Positions 45,421 to 55,072 of a DNA stretch of 64,000 bases are shown here, piece by piece. The position numbers and the translations under genes are program-made. Source of the stretch: Paramoeba atlantica (Eukaryota; Protista; Discosea); assembly GCA_977017575.1 (NCBI GenBank), contig CDRNVI010000059.1, positions 186,001-250,000 of the forward strand. Direction: 5' to 3'. Under the pieces are notes generated by a model. That model was not told where the DNA came from. It ran no database searches and saw nothing but the letters and a program-made list of their open reading frames with translations. Each line of letters begins with the position of its first letter. The first letter of the stretch is position 1.

Positions 45421-45513
45421 TTGACTCTTGTACGCTATAATATTCACTTTTCCACTGCGCTTCCACAAAATCCCCTTTTTCTAAACTTCCCATTCACCCT
45501 TCTTGCTCTCATC

Positions 45514-46422
45514 ATGCCTCCTCCTTCTGCCCCACCACGCCACTCTCCATTCCTCTCCCTCCCCCACATTCTCTCTCCCCTCACCCTTCTTCCCTCTCTC
45601 CTGCTGCTATCCTCTGAACGCTTTAACACGGAGGACATTCCGGAAATGCATCCCTCCTCCTTAGTCGTTTCGCATTCTCCTTCTCCTGTCGCTCCTTCCC
45701 TTGTTTTCTTTATTCAACACCTTCGTAACCCCCATGAGAGTTGGACGCATAGCCGCCCGGAATGCACATGGGATGGGGTTCAATGCGACGCTCATGGTGT
45801 GCTGCGTGAGATCGACTGGAGAGGGCGGGAGCTGCACGGAAACCTCAGCTGGGGCGTGCTCCCCCCTTCCGTGACCTGCCTGCGGTTGGGTCCGGAATGG
45901 TTGTACACGAATGCACTACAGGGTTCTGTTGATTTCTTTACTCTCCCAGCCCAGCTGGTGGAGTTGGAGCTGACCGGAAACCAGTTTAGTGGTACCGCCC
46001 CGTTACACGCACTGCCGCCTTTGCTCGAGGAGCTTGCGGCCGGGGAGAACCATTTTCATGGGACGCTGGACCTAACACATCTCCCGCGGGGGTTGCGGTC
46101 GCTGTCTTTTTATGAGAACCAGCTCTCTGGGGGTCTTTGTCTGTCTGCTCTCCCCGCCGCGCTTACCTCGCTGTACTTAATGACCAACCACTTCACGGGG
46201 AGTGTGGAGTTACGACATCTCCCCGCTGGGGTCGAGGTAATTGATCTCAGTGATAACCCGCTGGGGGGATCGGTGCGACTAGAGTCATTGCCAGAATCCC
46301 TCCATACGCTGAATTTATCCTATACAGATTTAGTTCCCGCCCCCTCAGTAGCGGTTGTACCGAGATGTGTGCACCTCGGAGATGCAGCGATGCGGATGCG
46401 TATGAGGAACACATACGTATAG
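45514..46422 (+). CDS. LRR family protein
   Basis: CTWDGVQCD cap and LELTGNQFSGTAPLHALPPLL repeats. Start uncertain (45514 or 45646). Confidence 0.85.
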   Translation: MPPPSAPPRHSPFLSLPHILSPLTLLPSLLLLSSERFNTEDIPEMHPSSLVVSHSPSPVAPSLVFFIQHLRNPHESWTHSRPECTWDGVQCDAHGVLREIDWRGRELHGNLSWGVLPPSVTCLRLGPEWLYTNALQGSVDFFTLPAQLVELELTGNQFSGTAPLHALPPLLEELAAGENHFHGTLDLTHLPRGLRSLSFYENQLSGGLCLSALPAALTSLYLMTNHFTGSVELRHLPAGVEVIDLSDNPLGGSVRLESLPESLHTLNLSYTDLVPAPSVAVVPRCVHLGDAAMRMRMRNTYV

Positions 46423-47167
46423 CGCGTAGGTTCATAGGGAAACGCCCTGTCCTTCTGTGGGAATCATTCATTCCGTTCTACATAGAAACATTACGTGCCA
46501 TATGTAAAAAAGCCAACTCTGGATCGTTTCCCCGAGTGATATTATCGATGTCGTCGATCGTTGATGTCATCGACGACGTACGTTTTCTTCCCGATGTTGG
46601 GAGTTAACTTGATGATGTGGACAGATCGTCGAATCAATCGGCAACGAGGTAGTTTTAACAGCGAATGAGCTCCTGTTAGGTTCGCTACCTTAATGATTAA
46701 GGTACGCTGATTAATATGCTTAATACGCTGATTAATAATCAGCGTAACCTGAAAATGGATTTATTTTTCATGTATCCCTTTGTGGGATGCAATCCCAAAG
46801 TGGTACATGACAAACAATTTTTCTCACAAGTCTTCATATACTCGAAACTTTCATTTGTTTATCCGTCTTGTCTCATTTCTGTTGCATACAAGAGATCTCA
46901 GCAATCTCGTGAAGAGCTATGCTGCCATTTTTTATAGCAGAAAGTTTCTTTCATACGATTTTGTTGTCCGGGCATGCCCCGGGCGTAATGGTAGACATTG
47001 ATGTTATTTGAGGAATTAAAGAAACAGCAACGTCCGAACGTCGATCCTGAAAATTATTTTGTCAGACTTCGTGTTGCTTTTGCGATGATATAAACACACT
47101 ACACTACAGCATATCACATCTTTGGAGTTTTAAACTTGGATTGTTTGCTGTGTTTCCTCTCTCTTTC

Positions 47168-48127
47168 ATGTCTCCTTTCCTTCTCCGTACTATCTTTATT
47201 TTGCTCTTCTCCCTCCAGACGCACAGCTTTGTTTCCTCTGTCGACCATTACCCCTCGAATGAACGTACAGTTCCTCACAAAGTTCGTGGGTCGGTTCTGC
47301 CACCAGACGTGGAGCTAACTCGGGCATTTGCAAACACCACAAGTCCACACTGGTCATGGGGACAAGAAAACTATCACTACTGCGAGTGGCTCGGGGTGCT
47401 TTGCGATGAGTCCCAACACGTGGTGGAGTTGCTTGTATATTACTTGGAAGGAGAAATTTGTTGGCCGTTTCTCCCACATACGCTGTTGAGGCTCACTGTG
47501 CGGAGTGGATCGAAAGTGACCGGGGTTGTTCCTTTTGAGGCATTGCCACATGAGTTAACGCATCTTGAGTTAGGAGTGAACTTCCTTTCAGGTCCCGTTC
47601 CGACGCGTTATTTACCCCGATATCTGGAAACATGCTATTTACTGAAAAATCGATTCTCGGGAATCTTTGATGCTACATCTCTTCCCGCACTACTCGTTGA
47701 CGTAGATGTTTCGCACAACGAGTTTAGCGGCCTCTTGATCCTCACATCACTTCCTCCCCAATTAGGCCACCTTAACGTTGAGCAAAATCAGTTCCACGGG
47801 ACCATCGATTTGAGTCAACTTCCCGCATATCTGCATGAGATAAACCTTTCGCATAACCGTTTTTCGGGACCTATTGGTTTAGGTTCACTTCCGGAAAATT
47901 TACATTGGATTCGGCTGAAAAATAATACTTTCAATGGAAATTTGTCCTTATCGGCATTACCAGAAGGCTTCCGAGTACTAGATGCCTCGGAAAATCTCTT
48001 TGAAGGGTTTTCTCCGCAACACCTACCTGGATATGAGATTTCTTGTCGTAAACAAAGATTACGCATACGGAAACTGAAGCAACGCAAATCTTTGATGGCT
48101 CATCGTAAACGAGGGCACCGTTGGTAA
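47168..48127 (+). CDS. LRR family protein with signal-peptide-like N-terminus
   Basis: MSPFLLRTIFILLFSLQ leader, CEWLGVLCD cap, LNVEQNQFHGTIDLSQLPAYL repeats, basic C-terminal tail. Confidence 0.85.
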   Translation: MSPFLLRTIFILLFSLQTHSFVSSVDHYPSNERTVPHKVRGSVLPPDVELTRAFANTTSPHWSWGQENYHYCEWLGVLCDESQHVVELLVYYLEGEICWPFLPHTLLRLTVRSGSKVTGVVPFEALPHELTHLELGVNFLSGPVPTRYLPRYLETCYLLKNRFSGIFDATSLPALLVDVDVSHNEFSGLLILTSLPPQLGHLNVEQNQFHGTIDLSQLPAYLHEINLSHNRFSGPIGLGSLPENLHWIRLKNNTFNGNLSLSALPEGFRVLDASENLFEGFSPQHLPGYEISCRKQRLRIRKLKQRKSLMAHRKRGHRW

Positions 48128-48303
48128 TATCGGATTGCATTAAGTCAGAAACCGAAAATAGCAGTATCTAATTTGAATGGTATAAAGGAAATTATTACGT
48201 GCTATTTCAATGGGCACGCCGTGTGTCACACACGTCTCGTATTTGTATGCCTCTGCTTTTGCTCATATTAGTAAAACGTTTTTTTACGTTACTGAATCTT
48301 GTA

Positions 48304-48863
48304 CAGGGGGGATCAGCCAATGCTGGGGGTATCTAAAATTTGTAAAACTTTTAAATTTTTGGAAAATATAGCACATTCGAAAGCTCTCACACAGCCCTCC
48401 TGTGGAGGATATATCGTTTTCCGTGCTTTTACACATGACGCATTTTAGAGTGAAAATACGTTTTTTCGACTTACATTTTTGCATTTTTTTTATTGTTTTT
48501 GAGATTTCTCCTGTTTTCATCATTCATGCCTCAAAGACGAGTATCTGCACGTTCACTTCGGGAGAAATTGCCGGAGAGCCGTTTCTCATCCCAGGGGACA
48601 TAAATATTGTTATAGAGAGAAACGGGGGTCACTGTGAGTATTAGGTTTGGATTTACGTTTCGGGAAAAAACGTCAGAATTTCTTAAAAAACTTACAATCG
48701 ACGTTTTTGACCCTCCCACTATTTTATAAAACTGTTGATTTTATGCACAATGACATATCCTCCACAGGAGGGCTGTGTGAGAGCTCTCGAAGGCGCTATT
48801 ATTTTCCAAATTGGCCAAGTTTTACAAATTTTAGACCCCCCCCGCATTAGCTGATCCCCTCTA
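48304..48863. mobile_element. 560-bp MITE with ~115-bp TIRs and TA TSD
   Basis: ggggatcagc..aatgc...tctaaaatttgtaaaac...ctctcacacagccctcctgtggaggatat is mirrored at the right end; TA at 48302-03 and 48864-65. Confidence 0.9.
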
Positions 48864-49603
48864 TAATTAATATGTATATTAAATCGTAAAGAATTAATTA
48901 TTAGTTCGTAGAGAATTAATTATTAATTCGTAAAGAATTAATTAGGCGGAATTCTATTAATATAGGGTAGCGAGGGAATAGCATCTCCCTCAATAATAAG
49001 AACTAATGCATGTTGATAACTTTTAAAACAGGTCACAATGTGAAACGTTAAACAACATACATGTACTGTGACCCCCCCTTTAATATGCACACGTTTTTGG
49101 GGTTTGTGCATATTAAAGGGGGGGGGGGGGGGGGTAAGAGAGGGGAGAACCCGCCGCCCCCCCCCCCAAAAAAAAACATTTGCGCCGCTTCGCGGCGCCT
49201 TTCTCTCCTGTGCGTGTTTTGATCTTCCGTCGCACAAGCTTACGTCGCATAGCGTATGGTACTTTTCAGCAGAGATGATGGCCGGGGCGGGGGGACTGTT
49301 CGTGTGTGCCAGCATGGAAAATGTGAAGAACGTGTACATATTAAATATTAAAATATTTAATAAAAAATATTATTTGTAAGTTTAATTGTTGTAGCTCATA
49401 TTATTAATACATGAAGTAAATGTCATGTATGGTGAAACACGAAGAAGAGGGCGCGTACTAATGCAACAAGAAGCTAGTGCGGGGAAAAGTGTAGAAGCAT
49501 CGAACAAAACATGGAAAAACCCCCACAAAAAATATCAGTGTAAAATTTGAGTATAATAGCGCGCACATAAACTTATTTTGGATAGGAATTTGTATCTCCG
49601 TCA

Positions 49604-50172
49604 TTAATTTTCGGACAGCTCCCATCCATCCGCGGTCGCATCTTCAAGCTGCACATCGTTTATCAAATTGATTGTATACTCACAATCGGAATCTGAGTCA
49701 CGGAGCGCTCCGACGGTTTCTTCGTCAGTACTTTGTTTTTCAGGAAGTGATGGAATTCCTGGTCCGCACGGCCACCATGACTTAGAAAGATTCTTTCGGG
49801 TCAAAACATTATTCACCCTACTGAATGTGGCAGGATAGAACAGGAATGAACATAAATTGTTCACTACATGTATTCCACATTCATTTAGCGTAGGCTCCTG
49901 CTGCATGACTGGAGCATGTCGAAGACGAACATCCTCTATTGAGTGACCAAGAAGAGGACAGAATAATTTTAGAAAGCACTGAAGAAAATCTTGACGAGCA
50001 ATCGGAGAATAACCCTCGTAACTATCAAATATTGTCAACAGATGCTTTCGGAGTTCCACGAAAAAAAAATGGTTGTTAAAAAAGAGCACCGCAATAATTC
50101 GTGAGTCGGGGAAAATATGACTGAACATTTTGCGCTGAAAACCTAAAAGTAATCGAGTCTTTCCTGTGTTCA
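49604..50172 (-). CDS. Ulp1/SENP-like cysteine protease domain (peptidase C48), -1 frame continuation of the transposase
   Basis: FFNNHFFFV (His), IFDS (Asp), QQEPTLNECG (Gln, Cys) in clan CE order. One extra T in the T5 run at 50172-76 gives RICFLNT in frame. Confidence 0.8.
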
Positions 50173-51789
50173 AAAACAAATTCTTTTGTCTGCGGAAGGG
50201 GCTAGGCGGTATGCCTGCAATACATTTTCGCATAATGTATCAACAGCATGCGTCGTAAGAAATCGCTTTCGACCGCGGAATCGTTTCCACTCTTTGTCAT
50301 AGTGGGACGTGTTGCCCGCACTATCTTCTACCACAATGGATTCTTGTGTGGGTTTTTCTCCTTTTGAAATTGAGGAGGGTGAGACGGCATGTTCAGGACA
50401 TATTCCAAGAGTAGTTTTTGAGCCAACTGTAACGCTTGACTCAATCCAAGGGTATTCAGTCGCAGGTCGCAAAATGTAAGTTTGTGCAACTTTTAATAAA
50501 GTGCTCTGGTTTTTTGCCCATACATGTGCATGTGCATCCTTAATCCATTGCAAAACAAGCGCACGAGTAACCTTCTGGAAGCTATTTCGAAGTCGCCACG
50601 CGCTAAGAAGCTCATTATATTGACGCTTGAATAAGCGATTAAAAACGCGATCATGGAATTGTATGGCTTTCGTACACCCTCCGGGTATCGTCTGTGGATC
50701 ACAATTCGTTGGTACATTATTCGTTCTATGAGCGGTATAATCGTCCGTGATAATAACCGTCGAGGGGTTGTCAAGAGTATAGTGTAAATATTTCTTTAAC
50801 ATTCGCTCATAGACATCGTCAGTAACCCACCCAGAACGACTTACATCGATGTAAATCCCGCTCAGAGAATAAGCTAGACGTGTCATTTCAGTGTAAATGG
50901 TAGAGCTTTCTCGATTCTTTGCATTGTGCTCAAAGATCACCGTTGGGTAAAGTGGAAATACCTTATCCAAAGCAAAATCATACACACCTGCAAGAAAAGC
51001 TGTAACTGTTTCTTTCGGATTGGTATCCACGACTTTTGGCTGTGGGCAACCAATCGGAGCAAGAGTGTATCCTTGAACTTCTCCATTGACAAACATCGCA
51101 GTTTCGTCACCGAAGAAAGCGAAGCGATACTTACGCACAGTGTTTTGAGTATAAAATTTCTCTGCCCACTGAGAGATTCGAAATTCTACGTCACTGGGCG
51201 CCAGGCACTGCGTTCGACCCCATCTCCGCCACACCCATCCATAGTGCTTTTTGAAACGCTGATAAGTGTCTTCTAAAGCTGTTATAGAAGTTAATCTCGT
51301 TTTCTGTCGGATCAAATCGATCACCATCGACTTGGTCAGTGGGCACCACAATGCGGAGGCCTGCTCACAAGCACGATGAACAGACAGCATTGCCTCAGCC
51401 TTATCATAGACTTCGGCATTCGCATCACTATAATCCCCCCCTCTTTCATTGAATCCCCGGTTCCGGTGTTGGTTTCCCATGTTGCGGTTAATTAACTTTT
51501 GGTAGTGGTCAATCCCCGTTTTACGAATTTCATAAACCGCTCTCCGTGATATACCATACTTTTGTTCGATTTGCTTTACAGAACTTTGAGATCTACAAAT
51601 TTCTCGTTTCTCGAATATAGTAAGTTCAGTACGCTGCCGTTTTTCCTGAACTGTTACCGTCGGGGTGTTGTTAATAATAAGGGATGTGCGCTCCCCTACT
51701 TGCGGTTGGGGAGGGAGCTTCCGAAGCCAAGTGGTCAGAGGTCCACGCACAGAGTGAACTGTGGTCGGAACTCCGTCAGTATCTGACAT
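50170..51789 (-). CDS. pogo-like transposase (CENP-B-N/psq HTH, Tc5 HTH, DDE_1; DD30D)
   Basis: RTELTIFEKREIC...KYGISRRAVYEI; FFGDETAM; IITDDYTAH; IPGGCTKAIQFHD. 539 aa from MSDTDG (ATG 51789). Confidence 0.9.
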   Translation of the reverse strand: MSDTDGVPTTVHSVRGPLTTWLRKLPPQPQVGERTSLIINNTPTVTVQEKRQRTELTIFEKREICRSQSSVKQIEQKYGISRRAVYEIRKTGIDHYQKLINRNMGNQHRNRGFNERGGDYSDANAEVYDKAEAMLSVHRACEQASALWCPLTKSMVIDLIRQKTRLTSITALEDTYQRFKKHYGWVWRRWGRTQCLAPSDVEFRISQWAEKFYTQNTVRKYRFAFFGDETAMFVNGEVQGYTLAPIGCPQPKVVDTNPKETVTAFLAGVYDFALDKVFPLYPTVIFEHNAKNRESSTIYTEMTRLAYSLSGIYIDVSRSGWVTDDVYERMLKKYLHYTLDNPSTVIITDDYTAHRTNNVPTNCDPQTIPGGCTKAIQFHDRVFNRLFKRQYNELLSAWRLRNSFQKVTRALVLQWIKDAHAHVWAKNQSTLLKVAQTYILRPATEYPWIESSVTVGSKTTLGICPEHAVSPSSISKGEKPTQESIVVEDSAGNTSHYDKEWKRFRGRKRFLTTHAVDTLCENVLQAYRLAPSADKRICF

Positions 51790-52330
51790 AAGGGTGAAAA
51801 GTACGAGAGAAAGAGAGGAACAAGTATACAAATATATATTATCTCCACATACATAGATGCACATCAGAGGCTTAAAAGCACAAAGCCCTTTGAAGAAATT
51901 GGGTAAAAATAGGCAAAACATCTGCTTTTAAAAAAACGCTCCGAAAATTCAACATGGAATTTGTGCATATTAAGGGGGGGGAGGGAAGGGGGTGCATATT
52001 AAAGGGGGGGTCACAGTATGTTGTTGTATGTATTAGCAACAGAACACGATTCTTTTTCAAAATCTGCCATACAGCAATTGTCCATTTTTCGGACGATCAT
52101 TTTACCTAAATAAAACATAGACTATTTAGAACATTATATGCGTGCATATGACATTAGAAGACGTGCATTTGCGTCACTGCATCTCGATCAAGTTATTTTG
52201 GCAGTTCGCTTTCTTTTGGTAAGCGAAATTGGTAACCTATTGGATATTGTAGTAGAAGTATTAACATCTAGGCAAAATTAAGATTCGTACTGATATTTTG
52301 AGGGTTTTCTTAAAGGGATAAAAACACGTT

Positions 52331-52391
52331 TATTTTAGGGTATTATTTTAGGGTATTATTTTAGGGTACTATTTTAGGGTACTATTTTAAG
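52331..52391 (+). repeat. 13-bp minisatellite TA(T/C)TATTTTAGGG, about 4.5 copies
   Basis: tattttaggg tattattttaggg tattattttaggg tactattttaggg tactattttaag. Confidence 0.9.
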
Positions 52392-52479
52392 AACAAATGA
52401 CGCCCTGATTAGGAAATAACACTCTTTTCTAATTTTGATGTTTTTCTAAATTTGAGAACATTTGGACATTTTCAGGTCA

Positions 52480-54276
52480 ATGGAGGGTGTTCCGAAAGCT
52501 TCTTTAGCTTTGCCCACAAAGACATTGTATGATGTCTCCCTTCAAATTGTGCATATGGTGGGGAAATTGTGTGAAATATCGTCTCAAACGTCTGAGGAGC
52601 CTGAGACATCAGTAGATCGTCCTTCAAACAATGGTTTCTTGACTCCTCTGCTTCAACTGCACATTACATTGCTACGATGCAATTCGCATTTTTGTGCAGC
52701 AGCTTCGTCTCTGTCGAACAATTCAACTGAACGCTCTTTTGACGCTGAAATAGTATCGAACATTGTTACTCTTGCGGATATCATGGGGCTCAAGTTTGGT
52801 TCACACACTTCAGCATTCGTCCAATTGCATAAGATTATTGCTGTATGCATAGCAGTTTTATACGCACGCGCTTTCAATTTCTACCAACACGATACCGATA
52901 AGGAAGATTTGGCTTCCACAAGTTTCCTTCCTTTGGCACCAACTCAGCTGAGTAGTTTTATTGAAGTAACCTTAACCGCTCACATTCTGCGTTTCGATCA
53001 AAATAGAGCATTAGAAATACACCAGCCCCGTTTGAGTGAATCGAGATCCTCTGTCAATTGGGGTAGCCCTCTACCTTATCCGAACAGCTATGTGAGCCCG
53101 ATGCGAAATTTCGTAGCGCAAAGCTTCGGCTTCAATAGGCTTTCTCGTAAGCGCTCACGGAGCGCCTCCCTGGCAAGTTGTTGTAGTACTGCAGCTGATC
53201 CTGGGGTCCATGTCATCGAGCAAAACTCTTTTTCTCCTTTACATCCGCTGGTATTGGCAGATGTAATATACCACATGAGGTGTGTAGTGGCATACCTGTT
53301 GGATATACAACTGATTGGTTCCGATCTAAGCGCCGTACGAGCACTTGATGTGCACATTATTTTTCTGATGAATTATTACGAAGATCTTCGAAACAAAAGA
53401 TTTGCAGAGAAGCGCCGTGCACTCGAAGAAGGTTGCCAAGTATTTTCGAATCAAGGAGAAACGCAAGACAGTGTGAACCACATACCAATAGTGGAGTTTC
53501 TGACTCCAGAGAGGCCGTCCGTTGCAGAATGTGAACAAAACACCAAGAAATATGATACGCTTCTCTCTTCACTTGCAGAATTCTCCAAGCCATCACCAAA
53601 TATTCTACACGGCTCCGCCACTTCGGAAGGGTTGACTCCGGCCCATTGTGTGAAAGAGATTCATGGGACTACAACTTCTCTGCCGAATACGCCCTTGGTT
53701 TCGCGGAACATCTCACAACCTGGGACGCGAATACCCCGAAAAGTAGAAGATGTAGGAAAGGTATCAACTCAGGATACATGCTATGAATCTGGCAGGCATG
53801 AACCCGAAGAGCCCATCACGATGCTTCCGAGCGTCTTTCAAGTATTGTTTACAACCTCAGATCTGAACTCCACTCCGACATCGTGGAACAAAAGGGCCGA
53901 GGATTGGATAGTGTGCATGCCCTGGGTTGTTTATTTCTGGTCTTGGACACGGGATAGACTACTGATGCTCCATGATCACATAAACAGCATTGCTCTAGAA
54001 TCGTCATGCATAGAAAACGGGCGAACGAGGTTTCTTTCGATCCGTACTGCTCTCTCGGAAACAACAGAAGTGTACAAGCGGGTTACTATGGCGCTCTCTT
54101 CGGCATACCGATCTCTGAAGCTAGGCGACGAGAACAAAGATTTAAATCCTGCATCTACATACCAAGATGTCCTAAAACCAGGTGAAATAAATGGCGTTCC
54201 TTTAGAAATCACAGATGAATACGGGTTAGATGTCTTCTCTCTGCCATCCGGCCTACGTTTGTTCTTTGAAATATAG
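52480..54276 (+). CDS. hypothetical protein
   Basis: About 598-aa ORF from the first ATG, co-directional, no family recognised. Confidence 0.7.
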   Translation: MEGVPKASLALPTKTLYDVSLQIVHMVGKLCEISSQTSEEPETSVDRPSNNGFLTPLLQLHITLLRCNSHFCAAASSLSNNSTERSFDAEIVSNIVTLADIMGLKFGSHTSAFVQLHKIIAVCIAVLYARAFNFYQHDTDKEDLASTSFLPLAPTQLSSFIEVTLTAHILRFDQNRALEIHQPRLSESRSSVNWGSPLPYPNSYVSPMRNFVAQSFGFNRLSRKRSRSASLASCCSTAADPGVHVIEQNSFSPLHPLVLADVIYHMRCVVAYLLDIQLIGSDLSAVRALDVHIIFLMNYYEDLRNKRFAEKRRALEEGCQVFSNQGETQDSVNHIPIVEFLTPERPSVAECEQNTKKYDTLLSSLAEFSKPSPNILHGSATSEGLTPAHCVKEIHGTTTSLPNTPLVSRNISQPGTRIPRKVEDVGKVSTQDTCYESGRHEPEEPITMLPSVFQVLFTTSDLNSTPTSWNKRAEDWIVCMPWVVYFWSWTRDRLLMLHDHINSIALESSCIENGRTRFLSIRTALSETTEVYKRVTMALSSAYRSLKLGDENKDLNPASTYQDVLKPGEINGVPLEITDEYGLDVFSLPSGLRLFFEI

Positions 54277-54340
54277 AAGTGACAACATAGAAGTGGCAAA
54301 GAACAGTATAAGGTAAGAGTCCACATCTCTTTCATTTTTT

Positions 54341-54890
54341 TCAAGATTTATTCAAGGCGAAAAAAACGTTCCACTGGCGTGTACCTTCTATTCGGCCACA
54401 CTCCAAATCACCGTATCGTTTCCGATCGTTTACAGTGCTGGACCACATTTCTATGTCTGTATAATCAGGAATACTGGTACGAGTGGTTCCACTACGACGG
54501 CGTTGTACACGAATTCTCCCCCGACGGAGACAACCCTCCAAGTTTTGACCCTTGTTCCGACTAATAAAACCGTAAATCGCCTTTCGGGAAATGCTCACAC
54601 CTTCTTTGCGTAAAGTAACAGATGATACTTGTTGAGGGTTAAAGCGCCTACGTAGAAGAGACACCTAACTCTCTTTGATGTCCCCTTGAATTTTTATTTG
54701 CGCGGGATTCCGTTTACTTGTCGACTGGTTTGCTGCTTGTTCGCCCTGCTTGGCGTTGTGCGCACCATCTCGATCTCCGCGTGGCAGTTCTCGACTTACA
54801 AACGACCGATTTATTTTTCCCTTTCGCGTAATTTGCACCTCGGTAAAGTCTTCTTTGTATCGAATCTTAGTATCGAATCTCGATAAATTT
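54341..54890 (-). pseudogene. IS30-family transposase relic (N-terminal half)
   Basis: One frame: QITRKGKINRSFVSRELPRG...HNAKQGEQAA...S*VSLLRRRFNPQQVS...SISRKAIYGFI...CLRR...IPDYTDIEMWSSTVNDRKRYGDLE. This follows the IS30 pattern SRELxR...WSPEQI...SISHETIY...R...GDWE. Confidence 0.75.
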
Positions 54891-55072
54891 TAAATAAGCT
54901 TTTTTTGTAATTGACGCGTGAAAGAATGGCAGAATGTCTTTTATCACATTACATTACGCATTACCAGGATACGTGGTACTCTTCAATATCAAAATTTTAC
55001 GCTTTATAAAGATACGGGTGTTATTAACAAAATTGATTCCGTTGTCATAGTTTTTCTTATATTTATGTCAAT

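Larger units (their letters stand above)
49066..52016 (-). mobile_element. complete pogo-like DNA transposon carrying a Ulp1-type protease domain (2951 bp)
   Basis: Perfect 25-bp TIR CTGTGACCCCCCCTTTAATATGCAC (49066-49090 / 51992-52016), TA at 49064-65 and 52017-18. Confidence 0.95.
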
